Below, piece after piece: positions 1 to 12,600 of a DNA stretch of 64,000 nucleotides. Each line of letters starts with the position of its first letter. Position 1 is the first letter of the stretch. The notes beneath the pieces are model-generated. The model ran no database searches. It was not told where the DNA came from and worked only from the letters and a program-made list of their open reading frames with translations. Both the position numbers and the translations under genes were made by a program. This DNA comes from Eutreptiella sp. 'Long Island Sound 2002' (lineage: Eukaryota > Protista > Euglenida): contig OZ038378.1 of assembly GCA_964036045.1 (NCBI GenBank), positions 28,148,001-28,212,000 on the forward strand, read 5' to 3'.

Positions 1-459
1 GTCACCATGAACCACCCCCCATGCAAGTAACGAGGCATCATGGCTGCCCTCCCACACATCCTCCTCTTTCGTCGAATGTTGCATCTTAGAATCCAAATGC
101 CGTGCCACCCAAGGGGCGTTTGCAAACAAAGCATTATTGTGACGTGCATTTGCTTGGGACCAGCTGATGTGATGACTAGTGGGTACCATTTGCAAACCGC
201 TGCGTTTATGTGGCTGCACATGATCCTGGACACACTTTTGCAACTCCTTGCATTGGCGTGCCCCATTGTACAGACCTCGAAGGGTGTCGTGAGGCAAAAA
301 CAACGGTAGTGTACACAAAAACACAGAGGAATGGCATTGAGGCATGAAATGGCAGTTGACAGCACCTATCACTACATGGTCCACCACTCCCTGTTCCCTT
401 CGACCATTCCTAGCCCTTGGGGAAGCACATCTGTGCATGGAGTATTTTGCCACATGTTT

Positions 460-2960
460 CTCGCATTTGGTGTGCTTTTCCAGACAGGCCACAAGACATA
501 TTCCATCCCACAAGGGGGGTAGGCTTTTCCAAATGCTCATACAAGGGGAAGGGGGGGGGGGGCTGTGGTGTGCAATTCTTTTTCCGTTTCAACTGAAGAC
601 AACCATGGAGAGCAAAGGGAAGCAAAGCATGCAAAGCACAGGAGGCAAAGCGCCAAGGCTCGGCCTACAAGTAGGTTTTGCTGCCTCAAGGGTCAGCATA
701 ACAGTCGGAGTTACAACATACATTCACAAAACACATCCACCAATGCAGAGCCCCTTCTCATATATTATGTTGCAGCTAAAAAAAGCAGGGCACTGTGAGG
801 CTCATGCAAGAACAATTGCGTGGGCTCCAGTGCCCGGCATCAAGAGGTCATCCTCTATGCTGGCTGACGATAGAGGCAACCTATAGACAGGCAGATGTTG
901 TGTTGGACATGGATGTCATGATTGATTCCCACCAGGAAAATGCGTCTTTCAAAGGGGCTGTTGGTACGAAATAGGGCCTAAGAAAAATGTCCCTGCAGGG
1001 TTCTGCCTTTGCACGAACCCAACATGAACAACCCATCCCCACTGGGTGCCTGCACACATCCAATAAGAATCATTGAAGGGGATGCAAAAAATCTTGACTA
1101 CATGGGCATGGGGGGTTGGGCACATGAACCAATTCACCTAAGGTCACAACGGCACAGCTGAGACTGCAGACTGCAGACTGCAGACTGGCTATGCTACCTC
1201 AAGAATCAACATTGTGACGAGTGCAAATTATATCAATTGAATTCGGATTCACAAATAAAACGGTCATGGTGACCACACGAACACCAAATGAGACATACGT
1301 TCACACACATATTTTTCATTCCTAGTTAGCCGTGTTTTTCCGGACAGGCCACAAGAATACATTCCAAAGGGGGGGGCACACTTTTCCAAATGCTCATATA
1401 GGGGGGAGGGGGAGGGGGGTGTTTTCAAGTTCTTTTTCCGTTCTACACGAAGACAAACATGGACAGCAAAGGAAAGCGAGGCACGTAAAGCACGGGAGGC
1501 ACCGACAAAGTATTGACTATAACTAAATGGTACATTGCAATCCAAATTCATAGAACCACAAATACAAAGCTGCTTCTCCGATGTATTCTTGTTGTTTCGA
1601 CAAGTGGTCTGTGGCCGCCGGCGGACATGGTGCATGTTCTGTCCTACACGACTGACTGGTAAATGGTGGAGGCAGGACACAGGGACATAGGGGTGTGCTC
1701 ATTTCCTTGGTAGCCACCTTGTTTTTGGTTTTCAAAAGCTCTGTCCGCACAAATCGGGGTCTAAGAAAAAGGTCCCTGCGGGGGTTTGTGGCTACACACT
1801 GACCCATGTGTCACAGAGCATCTGTGCTGTGCTGCACCATGGACAGCCCTGCCAACCACGTTGTGTGAAACTTGGTGTTAAGGGCCACAAAGAGGACTTG
1901 GCTGCATGTGTCGAACGTCATGCATCTTCATTAAGGGGTTGCACAGAAGGTTGCTTGTGAGTCACATTACACAATGACAACACAATGGCAGAAGTATACA
2001 TTTCACAAGGTCATGGCTACCACACAAACTACACGCACAATCAAACAAACGAGACATACATTCACACACATATTTTCCATTCTTGATTTGCTGTGTTTTG
2101 CCGGATAGGCCACAAGACATATTACATCCCAAAGGGGGGGCACACTTTTCCAAATGCTCATACAAGGGGGAGGGGGAGGGGGGTGTTTTCAAATTCTTTT
2201 CCCGTTCTACACGAAGACAAGCATGGACTGCAAAGGAAAGAGAAGCACACAAAGCACGTGAGGCACCATTAAGTAAAGTACTTTCAGATTCAAAGAAAAC
2301 TTCACACATAGTTACAGCAAAGCCCCTTCTGAGTTGTATTGTTTTTGGGAATCAAGGTCAGATACACCCTGTGCGGAGTTTGCAGCATGGGCTTTCTCAG
2401 GCTTTGTGGGTACCCATGGAATTTAGGGGCTGCCACTCAAAGGCACTTAGAGGCTGTGGTGGAGATTGGAACCAGCTCCATGCTCGTGGCATGGCGCGCC
2501 TGCTGGTCATGGCCAAGCACTTCTCAGCGAACATAAAACGGTGCGTATTTCAACCTCGCTGCCGACACAAAACAAGGCCTATGAAAAAGGTCCCTGCGGG
2601 CATCTATGGCATAGCACAAGCCCAACATCGACATAGCACCCCCATAAGGTGCACAAATGAATCGGATGTTTACGGAAGGGTTTGCAAAGAAGATAACAAG
2701 CAAACAAAGGCAAATGGGGCGGCACATTCCACCTACAGCCCATTTGAAGTCGCAGCGTCACAGCTGAGATTGCACACCGCCTATGCTGCCTCAAGGGTCG
2801 GCATGATGACCAGTGCACGTTATATCAATGAAATTCGAAATCGCAATTAAAAAGGTCATGGCTACCATGGCGACTACAAGAACAACCAAACAAACGAGAC
2901 ATACATTGGCACACAGATGTTCCATTCCTGAAAACACAGGACATGAGGTTTGCTTGCTTT
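460..2960. repeat. Four diverged direct copies of a ~250-400 bp module (about 460-720, 1180-1510, 2000-2290, 2775-2960 partial)
   Basis: Shared blocks such as GACAGGCCACAAGA..ACATTCC..AAAGGGGGG..CTTTTCCAAATGCTCATA..GGGGAGGGG and AAAAAGGTCCCTGC recur at roughly 760-850 bp spacing. Boundaries are approximate. Confidence 0.75.
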
Positions 2961-3334
2961 TCTAGAGGGGGGGGGGGGGCTTTTCTGCAACATTTTCCAA
3001 ACTTCCTAAAAATAAACACGCAACGGAGAGAGGGGGGTATTTTCCAAACCATTTTCCATACTTCATACAAATAAACACACAACATATTTTCCGCGGGGGG
3101 GGGGGGGGGTTGTGCAGAAAAGCACTCATGAAGGGGGGGGGGCCAACGGGGGGGGGGGGGGGGCACCAACCATTGTTGGGGGGGCATCTCACATTGGGGG
3201 TGTCCAATGTGGGTTGTAAGGGGGGGAGGGCTGGTGTCTTGCATCATGAGGGGAAGGGTGTTATGGTTGCAAATTGGTGGTCCATAAAAGCGTGATGTGT
3301 GATGTCTGATGGCCATGTTGGTCGCTATACACAT

Positions 3335-4392
3335 GGATGTACTACACATCACCGCGAGGGTAGCGGTGATGTGAAGTCCCTACTACATATCGCCGCGGGG
3401 GGTATACAACCTTGTAGAATATGTCTAGGTAATAGTGGTGTTATGTAGATACCACCACATATCACCGCAGGGGGTGTACACCCTTGTAGAGTATGTTTAA
3501 GGACCGCCGTTGATATGCAGTCCCTACTACATATCACGTTAGGGGTGTACACCACTGTAGAAGATGTTTGAGGACTAACCGTGATATGTAGACACTACTA
3601 CACATCACTGTAGGCGGTATACACCCGTTTAGAAGATGTTTAAGGCCTAGCGGTGATATGTAGACACTACCACATATCAGTCCGGGGGGTATACACCCTG
3701 TGGAATATGTTTAAGGACTAGCGGTGATATGTAGTCCCCAGTGCACATCACCGCAGTGGGTATACACCCCAATGGAATATGTTTAAGGACCAGCAGTGAT
3801 ATGCAGTCTCTACTACATATCACCGCAGGGGGCATACACCCCTTTGAAATATCTTTAAGGACAAGCGATGAAATGTATGTAGAGACTACTACATATTTCC
3901 GTAGGGGCAATACACCCCGATGCAATAGTCGTATGTAGACAATTCTACATATCACATCAAGGGGTATACACCCCTATAGAAGATGTTTCAGGACCAGCGG
4001 TGATATGTAGACACTACCACATATCACTAGAGGGGGTATACCCGCTGGTAGAATATGTTTAAGGACCAACAGGGATATGCAATCTGTATTACATATCACT
4101 GCAAGGGCTATACACCCCTTTAGAATATGTTTAAGGACACGCGGTGATATGTAGACGCTATTAAATATCACCGCAGGGGGTATGCACCCTGATACAATAT
4201 GTGTAAGACAAGGGGTGGTATATAGACGGTACTACATATCAACGCAAGGGGTATACACCCTTGTAGAAGATGTTTAAGGACCAGCAGTGATATGCAGATA
4301 CTACTACACATGAACGCATGGGGTATGCACCCTTTTACATGATATATAAACACCCGCGGCGATATGTAGACACTATTACATATCATCGCACG
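3335..4392. repeat. ~72-bp minisatellite, ~15 copies, each unit carrying two inverted repeats
   Basis: GTGATATG starts at 3581, 3653, 3724 and 3796 (period 71-72). The consensus has GTGATATGTAG-N6-CTACATATCAC and GGGGT-ATAC-ACCCC. Confidence 0.95.
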
Positions 4393-6184
4393 GAGTGCAC
4401 AAGGTGCCGAAGAAGTGGAGACGGGTTGGAACTTGCATCTAGACACCTTGTGATTCATTGGCTTTGATGCATTGCGCTCGCTCGCACACCCAATAGAATC
4501 CGAGAAAGTATTGTGAAACCAACTAGGTGTGCAAGCCCTCTCAACAGTCATCCAAAGCCGCACTAGCTGATTGGAGGACGCGGGCCAAAGAGCGGCGCGA
4601 GGCTCTCCCCCTGCCCTTGGGTATCGCCACACCCCCGGCCCATGCTATCACACCGAAGATGTGGAAGCCTACCAACACTGGAAACACAATGGCACCAACT
4701 CAACTACCCCTACTTCTGCCGTAGTAGCGCAGTCACCATGCCGGACTCCACTTGAGGCGGTCATGTCAACACCGGAAGCCTTCTCTTCGCTTTCTTCATG
4801 GGCACCAATGCTGATCGCACGTGGCGCTTGCACCACTCCCGCGAGACATCACACCCCAAGATGCCAGACCACAACATAGGTCAAGAAATCCACGCAGATC
4901 CAAAGTGAGACACACGGGATATGCACAATGCTCCTAGATGCACACCAAACGTGAAAGGACACACAGTCCAGTACCTGGCCGGCCAAGCGCATATGCTTGC
5001 TGACCTCAGGGCTCGCTAATGTGACTCCGGCGGTGCCCATCCAAAGTCCACCCGGCAAGCGAGTACAAACGCCACCTAGGGCACCCATGACGCCACGGGC
5101 TATGCAATACCTTAGGCAACTAGGGTGTGTGTGTGTGCAGCTGTCTGTGTGTACTACGATGCATGGCACCCTCCGCAATCACTGTTTGTGTTTCCGTCTT
5201 CCCAGTCATGAGCAGGTCCTTGTGCGATGCGGACACCTGCATGCTTGGTTTCCACGCTTTGGGTGAGTCCTTGTGCTGAATGGACGCCCGTGAGCTCGGT
5301 TTTGTCACTCCACAAAGGCCATCTGGCGGTAGGCTGGGTGCCACCACATGGTGGGCTTGGCGTCACCTTTTGGTGGGCTGGCAATGTGCAATATGGGACA
5401 GAGTTTCGGTGCTACAACGGAACCTGTTCTTGAGGAATGTTACTGTGGAACAAAGTGCTGTTAGACCAGTGCACTTTGTTGTGTAATATTTTTGCCATTT
5501 GGATGCCCTGTGGCAGGACTGTGATGCGTTAGTTTGTCTCCTCTTCCTGGTTGCAAACTTGAGACCTCCCTCTTGCATCAAACAAAATCCAAATCCGCTG
5601 AGCCCTACTGTGTTTGCACTGGGGAGCCTCTAGTTTGTCAAAACTCAGTGCTAGATTAGCAGGTGCCACTTTATGGCGCATGGCTGAATTGACCCCTTGC
5701 CCGTGTAGTTGTCGTTTTTGGGGCCTCATACGGGGTTGGGTGGGTGTGTCCAGTCCTTTGGTAATGCCCCCCCAGTAAGGATTAACGCTAACTGTGTGTT
5801 AACTGTGCAGGGCACCCCCTAAAAAGATGCCTGACATGCACCCCTGTGCTATTGTTCCCGCAGGGAGGGGAGGCGCGTGTAATAGAGGCAAAATGTTGTT
5901 AAGAGCACAAGCAACTCTGAGAAGGATGCAACATATCTCTCGGGGGCGATCCTGTTCCTTCCAACTTTGTGGGTTTTCACGGGTTGGCGACCTTGTTGCC
6001 TCATTTTTGCCAACTGAGTGTTCCGGAGGTAGGGGTATGTGGGGTATATCCGGAAAGCCCTTGAAAAGGGCTATTTGGAACACCCCAGGTCTGCTTGCTG
6101 GACTGACGACATGTCTGAGATTTTCGTCCGTTTCCGACGGTGCATGTGTTGCTTGCTGCCTCTTTTTGTTAACAGGCAGCTGCC

Positions 6185-6883
6185 ATGTCCTCATACAAAT
6201 TTACACCACGGGCTGTTGCTTCCCCAGACGCACCACAAAAGCAGTTGATGCGCAAAAGGGCTCGCTCTGGGGGTGAACGGTGGGTGCAGGTGGCTCGACA
6301 TGTGCCCGGTAGCCAGGTAAAAAAACCCCGTACCGCCCGGTCACAGCCACCCGCATGCTCCCACAAGGAGCACGACATTCTGACGACCGCTGAGGTCACC
6401 GCTTTTGCTGCCCAGTTTTGGGATCAGAAGACGCACCCCACCAAGACTTCGCAACATGAATTTTTGGCCACGTGCATTGACGTTGATGTGGAGAAAGACG
6501 TGAAGTACAACAATTATACGACGTACTCCATCAAGAGGGGTCATCGAACGAAATATTTTGTACCGTACAGGGGTATGCGTCGGGAGATTTGCAAAACACA
6601 GTTCTTGCACTACTTCAAAATATCCAAGTTTGTGGTTGAGTCTGTGGCCAAGACCAAATGGCGTTTTCTTGCAGATTTCAAAAAGTATACACATACCCCC
6701 CCCCAGGTGACGACATGTTTGCACGTGGAAGCAAAAGTTGCAGAAACTACCGAAAAGTGCCAAAACCCACAAAGTTGGCAGGTTCTGAATGTCCCCGAGA
6801 GATATGTGCTCGTCTTGCTTTGCATTGTGCACACATGCGTTTCGGCGAGGGCAGTGAACGCATGGTGTCGCAGTGGGAGCTGA
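6185..6883 (+). pseudogene. DNA-transposase-like N-terminal ORF fragment (Sola2-like by motif)
   Basis: ATG-started 232-aa ORF with EICKTQFLHYFKISKFVVESV, resembling the VCK..FL.T..IS motif of Sola2-like transposases. No catalytic DDE core follows. Confidence 0.4.
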
Positions 6884-7565
6884 GGGGAGGGCAATGCAAA
6901 GCATGGCGCTCACAAAGCTGACACAAGGGGGAACACCCTCGGCAATCTCCCACCTTTTGGTAACAATGACACAGGGTATCTCCCAATTTAAGCCTTTCCT
7001 CCGTCTCAGATACACCCAAGCAAATACATCTTGCACTGCACCAGTACAGGCTCTCCAGAGCGATGGAAATTTGAGGGCTATTGCTTCATCAAAGAATCTG
7101 TGTTGCCTAAAATCTGTGATTTGTGCCAGCACACGCCTACAAGCCACACAAAACTTGTGGCGGTTGTCATGGAGTAGTTGACACCATTTCATATGTCTCA
7201 CTCCTTGTCAACTAACTCACAAAGCAGCAAAACACCAGCTCTTCAGTCACAACAGCCTGTCATTCTGTTTACTCTTGGCCACTGGGAGCACATAGAGGCC
7301 ACTGGGAGCACATAATTAGCTCACAGTACGACAGCACACAGTGGCACCCATCTGTTGGTTCATGAATGCAGCCGCAGCCGCAGCATGCCGCAGCATGCCG
7401 CAGCATGCCGCAGCACCTGTTTTTTGGAGCTGCACATGGGGGTTTTGAAGCATGCCGCAGCATGCCGCAGCATGCCGCAGCGAGCCAAAATCTTCACGTG
7501 GCGGACTTTTTTTTTCATACCACGTCGAAACTCTGAACCCTTTGTTGCACAGATGTCTCAGAACT

Positions 7566-7635
7566 GGATGGTAGCTCAGTGGTAAATTATTGGGCTCCAG
7601 CTTGGGTGGTCCTGGGTTCCAATCCCGGCAAGGGT
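7566..7635 (+). ncRNA. tRNA-derived sequence (SINE head or tRNA pseudogene)
   Basis: A-box-like GTAGCTCAGTGG (7571-7582) and B-box-like GGTTCCAATCC (7615-7625) at tRNA spacing. No convincing anticodon arm or acceptor stem. Confidence 0.6.
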
Positions 7636-7989
7636 ACTTTGCTGCCTGTCAGTTCCTCTCTATTCTGATCTTCGCTTTTTTGGTGTTGTTTTGACATGTC
7701 AAGTCCTGAAGGATACTCAAAATACCAAGGCATCACAGGACATGGTTTGCAGTGGGCCATTGGGGAAGGTATTGGGGACCACATCAGCCTGTTTGCCTTG
7801 TCTGTCTGCTCCTACTGTGTTTGCACGGGAGACCTTCTGCCTGCCCCATGTCTCCCCAGTTTGTCTTTATCTGTGTTGTCATGAGTCAGTCATCTGCACC
7901 AACAACATGCAGTCAAGAGCCAACCACACCACTTTCCCAATCAGATGGGATCAAGCGGAACAAGGAGACAACCAGAAGCACCAGCGATT

Positions 7990-8200
7990 GCCTGCAGTGG
8001 GCTGTTGGTGAAGGCATTGGTGAACATTTCAGATTGACAGATGCTTCAGGAGAGGGTCGACCTGGAAAGCTCTACTGCAACCTTTGTGCAATTTGGTTGA
8101 GTTCAAAAGGGGCTGTTTTGAAGGACCACGTCCTGGGCAAGAACAAGAAAAATTCTGCTGGGGAATGGGAACGTCAACCTGGGTCACATGCACGCAAGGC
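7990..8200 (+). pseudogene. C2H2/BED-like zinc-finger fragment, probably from a hAT/CGGBP-like transposase N-terminus
   Basis: KLYCNLCAIWLSSKGAVLKDHVLGK in ORF 7752..8282. A partial upstream duplicate (LQWAIGEGIGDH vs LQWAVGEGIGEH) lies at ~7745-7790. Confidence 0.45.
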
Positions 8201-8758
8201 TGCACTACAGCCCCCACCCATTTGTGTGGAGGCACCACCACAACCAAACCCCACTGTTGTGCATGTTGTCTCTTGCATGTGAGTTCAACTTGACACAGAA
8301 GCGTAGGTACCCACAAGTGCAGGCTGAAGCATGCCGCAGCATGCCGCAGCATGCCGCAGCATGCCGCAGCACAAGAAATTTTTCCGAGGGACCGCACTAG
8401 CTTGTTCATGATATTTGCCCGCCAGACCGCCAGGTGCTCAGTGGTTCTTGCCGTGTTTGTGCTGTGCTACGCCGTGTGTGGTGGTGATGGGGGGCAAAAC
8501 TCAAGGAACAGCCTGAAAACTGCATGGAGACACTCCATGCCCTGAGCCCATTTAACAGCTTCAGCTTACCAGAAGTAGCTGCTCAGGGTTTTGGGTGAAC
8601 ACGGCGCTCGGAACAAACCCCCCCTCCTCATGTCTCTGCTGTCCAGTCCTCGTACGGTTCTTGTAACGCTCTGTCATGTTTCTCCATTCGTCACTCCCCT
8701 GTTGAATGTTTGGGAGGCCTATCCCCATACGTTTTGCAGGTGCCTTTTGTGTGACCAA

Positions 8759-9664
8759 ATGGGGCTGAACGAAGCACAGCGCGTGGCACTGACTGAGTGG
8801 TTCGCGGTCACCACTGCCCCACTCACGGCACTCGAGCCCAAGGCAGCACAAGAGGTGTGGAGTGCTGCGCTCCTTGATGCGCCGCCGGGCGTCAGCGTGG
8901 CGGGGCTGGAGGACCCCAACGTGCTGCTCGTCGTGGAACGGCTCTGTGGCCTGCAAGCACACCCCTGCGCGGCCGATGGAAAGGTGGTGCCGTTGGGGCT
9001 GGACATGGAGGCTATCGGGGTCCTGGCGCTGACGGTCCGCAATGACCACTCGACGCCCCCAGTGCAGAGGGAGGACGTGGTCGCGTACCTCCGGGACCGG
9101 ATGGAGGCGGAGCTTGCGCGCGTGCGTGACCAGCTGCAGCACGAGGAGGAGCTTACCGCGCGCCGGCATGCGCTCATGGCGCAGGCCGAGGGCCTGGACC
9201 GCGCGGAGCTGCTGCGGCGGCTGGAGGCTGCGTACACCGTGGCTGACACCGCCGGCGCTGCTGAGAAGTGGGAGCGCGCTGGTGCAGCCCAGCTCCGGCA
9301 GGTCGTTGAGACGTACAACGTACGGCGTGCGCATGAGGAGGCACCCCGCTACCTGGAGAGCGTGCCTGCCGGGGACTATGGTTCGTCCACTGGGCATGAC
9401 ACGTTCCCGGGTTTCGAAGTATCCGCAGTGTCGCAGCTCATGGTGTCTCCGCGTCAGGGAAGCGACCGGGGCTTCTTCGGCCGCGCGTACAAGATGAAAT
9501 TCGACGGGGTGCTCGGCCGAGATTTCGAGGGGAATATGCGGGACTCCCGGAAGTTTTCGACAACCCAACTACTCAGCAACAGTGTCAACCTGGTCCCACG
9601 CCCTTCTGCAACACCCCGCAAGTCGTCGATGAATCCACGTCGCATCGCCGTGGGGCTACCCTAA
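8759..9664 (+). CDS. Hypothetical protein, 301 aa, central coiled-coil-like region
   Basis: Uninterrupted GC3-rich ORF ending in TAA. The ATG at 8759 lies 19 nt after a pyrimidine-rich acceptor TTTTGCAG (AG 8738-8739), so an upstream exon or a spliced leader is possible. Confidence 0.75.
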   Translation: MGLNEAQRVALTEWFAVTTAPLTALEPKAAQEVWSAALLDAPPGVSVAGLEDPNVLLVVERLCGLQAHPCAADGKVVPLGLDMEAIGVLALTVRNDHSTPPVQREDVVAYLRDRMEAELARVRDQLQHEEELTARRHALMAQAEGLDRAELLRRLEAAYTVADTAGAAEKWERAGAAQLRQVVETYNVRRAHEEAPRYLESVPAGDYGSSTGHDTFPGFEVSAVSQLMVSPRQGSDRGFFGRAYKMKFDGVLGRDFEGNMRDSRKFSTTQLLSNSVNLVPRPSATPRKSSMNPRRIAVGLP

Positions 9665-12600
9665 GACGCGGGCCAGGGCCTTTGTATGGCTGTTCAGGAG
9701 GCTGGTGGCTGCTCGCTGCATGAGATTGTCTGTCAGGGTCACTAATCGGAGACCAAGGGTGAGCCCTTGCAATGCACTGTGGTGACGGGGGCTGGTGGTA
9801 GACGGGGGCGTTTTGGACTGGACAATTTTCAAGGAGGACCCCCAAACAGCAACATGTGCGCCACGACCCAGAGGCCCAGTACTTGGCCAACACGAGAGCC
9901 ATTCATCCTCCGTCCCTTTGATATGGTTCGCAGTTGGTTTGGTTTGACGAACATGGGAGGGAGGGGGGGGGGGGGGGGGGCAAAAGGTCAGCTATGGTCC
10001 TGCCGCTTTGCTCCAGCAGCGCCGACCTTCTTCACTGCGTAGTCAGTTCTCAGCAGTATCGCTCTCATCGCCAATGTCTTTTCCCTTCCTGGCTGAGGTC
10101 AGGCCTTTGCCAACCATGTCAACAACAAATGCAAACACACAGGTACTCTCCATGTGCAAGTCCTCGCGCACAGTGTGTTCTCTTGGTTAGTGCAGGTGCT
10201 TGAACTGCCGCACGTTGGCCCGTGCATCACATTTAGAACAACGCTTGTGGTACCGTTGTTAGTTCGGGGTGTGGTGAATGATTAATTGTTATCCGTGAAA
10301 CTAACCTGTGCGCAAAACGTGGGCGAGGCCAAATGAGTGCCTGCTGAAGCCTTCATTCTTCATTGTGTGTTTGCGTATTGAAGTGATTTAGCTGGCAGCC
10401 ATTCAATGGGCCTGACGGCTGCTGTTGGCATTGTTGCCGACGGGGCTTGAAGGTAGTGCCATGGACACCGCTATTTCACTTGTAGTGCCTGTTCAAAGAG
10501 TAGTGGAGCGCCCCAACGGAGAAGAGGACTCGATGCTGGTTGCTTTCATTGCCCTCATGGGACCGATGGCTTGAAGTGCCTTGGCAGGGGCACCAAGTCA
10601 ATCAGACAGAGCATTGATCAGCCCCCCCCCCCCCCCCCCGGTCCAACACCGCATTGCTCAGGGGGAAAATCAAATGTCCTTCAAGTGGACGCAGTTTCTG
10701 CTACAAGCCCTTGGGTCTCACGTGTTGTGTAGTGTGCTCGCGGCGATGGGCTGTGTGAACCATCCTATAGCTCCTGAGCAGACTCAGTGACCTGAGTCTC
10801 AGGCAGCCACTATTCATGAGCAAGGGCCACCCAATACGTTTTTGCAATACCAATCCCCTGCTGCCGGCACTCTGCTGGGCTTTGCTCCCTATGACCCCGT
10901 TTGTGTCGATCCTTGTGGTTCCTCTTTGCTTCAGGTGATGATGGGGGTCGCACTTCCGTGCACACAGGGATCCATGATCCCGCACATCGCTTGCCCCCAA
11001 CAGTTCCCCACATTTCCCCATCTGACCACATGACACCCACGCCCAGCAACACCCCCCCCCCCCTCCTTGTGGGAAGGTTCCAAGTGTTATGCACCGCGGA
11101 AGTTCTGCCTGATAATGTTTCTGGGGGTTGTCTGCAGAAACTTGCCGCGCTTTGCAGCGCCCTGTCGCCTGAGAGATGGCGTGGCAACCTTAGGCAGTCC
11201 GAGGGGGAAGGGGTGTACAAACGCTAGTAAGGCCGACTGGCCTGATGGCGTCCGCTTGGCACTCCAGGGACACCCTCACCTCTTGGCCCGCCGGCACTCC
11301 GGCAGGCTGAAAGGGGAACCACTGGGCTATTGCGTCTGTCGCCAGTCCGGCAGCATAGCCTGGCACCATTGCCCCCTCGCCCCCCCTGCACTCGCACATC
11401 CACCCAATGTCAGTCGGCACTCCGGCGGTTGGGCTGGCGCACCTGGCAACCACATATCACACTAGTCGGCACTCCGGCGGTGACATATACAGTGACCCGA
11501 CACCGCCTGCACCAACCCACAATCCGATAGCACAGACCAGCACCGACCACCGATCAACAAACACTCGCATGTCTCCCTCTGGCACTCACGGACACCCGGC
11601 GACAATCAGCACTTTCAAAGTCAATCCGCGTGGCGTTCGCCTCTCCCTGCCCGTCCCGGATCCTCTTCGCTCATCCCAAGAAAGTTATGCTGGGCGCCAG
11701 ACCCCTGCACTGAACCACAAGCAGAACCACAAGCAGACCCGCCCATCTCTCTCACACCGGAGGTGATGCAGATCGGTGCAGTCATGGGCGTCTCGCCGCT
11801 GACGCGTGCTCTAGCCGACCGTCTTCCTGACGCGTGCTCTAGCCGACCGTCTTCCTGCACCATCCGCAAGTCAGTCCGTTCTCCGGCAGCGCTTGCAGCA
11901 CTCACCGCACCGACGCACGCACCTCTACAACCTCACCCCCGCGTGTTGATGCCTTGCGGGGGCTATGCGCCACACACGCCCTCCCTCGTACTTATTGCCC
12001 ATTTGTCACTCATGCCCCTGCAGCTTCTGCACCCGATGTCTCAGCTGATGCTTTCTGGGCCATGTCCCCAGCTGACCGGCTGGCGAACATCATCCCCATG
12101 ACAGCTTCCCGTGCACTTGGGTTGTAGGGAACCTTTTGACCCAAGGAAGTCCTCCTGACGATCACCCACTATCCATCCGGGGTAGATGGGGCATCTACAA
12201 CGGAGTTGCCGCTACCGATGTGTTCCTGGCCAACGTAGCTCTATTCTAGGCGGTCACTCTGGACGCCCTTCACAATTTGGACGCGGAGACGCTACGGAAC
12301 CACATGGGCCAAACATCTTGGTTGTCCTACGGTGCTGCCATTGACGCCTAGGTGGCGTTTCACGCCCACTCAACCATCGCCTACCCCGACTTGCTCCCGC
12401 CCAATCCAGCCTCCCCCACACCCACCAACAGCGCACTCTCCGCCCAGCAGTGGGCCCGCGAGCTACATGCGCAGGGACCTGGCGGGGATGGCAAACTGAG
12501 TCATCCCGGTCTTCTGATGCAACACTACGCCTCTAAAGAGCGTAGGCGCCGTGGGTCTACTGAGGACAAGGCAGACGACCCGTGGGTTCTGCAACTGAAT

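Larger units (their letters stand above)
7371..8370. repeat. Three short arrays of the 10-mer GCATGCCGCA (7383-7412, 7450-7479, 8329-8368)
   Basis: Exact tandem copies (3, 3 and 4) read directly, all in the same orientation. Confidence 0.95.

Noticed and set aside
3335-4392. CRISPR array
   Set aside because: The whole 72-bp unit is repeated, with no unique spacers, no cas genes and a eukaryotic context.
4440-5115. Retroelement coding fragment
   Set aside because: One frame looks protein-like but has several stops and no assignable motif.
6341-7201. 286-aa minus-strand ORF
   Set aside because: Overlaps the plus-strand transposase-like ORF and has no motif.
7566-7635. Functional tRNA gene (also 34850-34925)
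   Set aside because: A and B boxes are present but no proper cloverleaf or anticodon arm can be drawn.
8561-9568. 335-aa minus-strand ORF (and 8719..9318)
   Set aside because: Antisense shadow of the GC3-rich plus-strand CDS.
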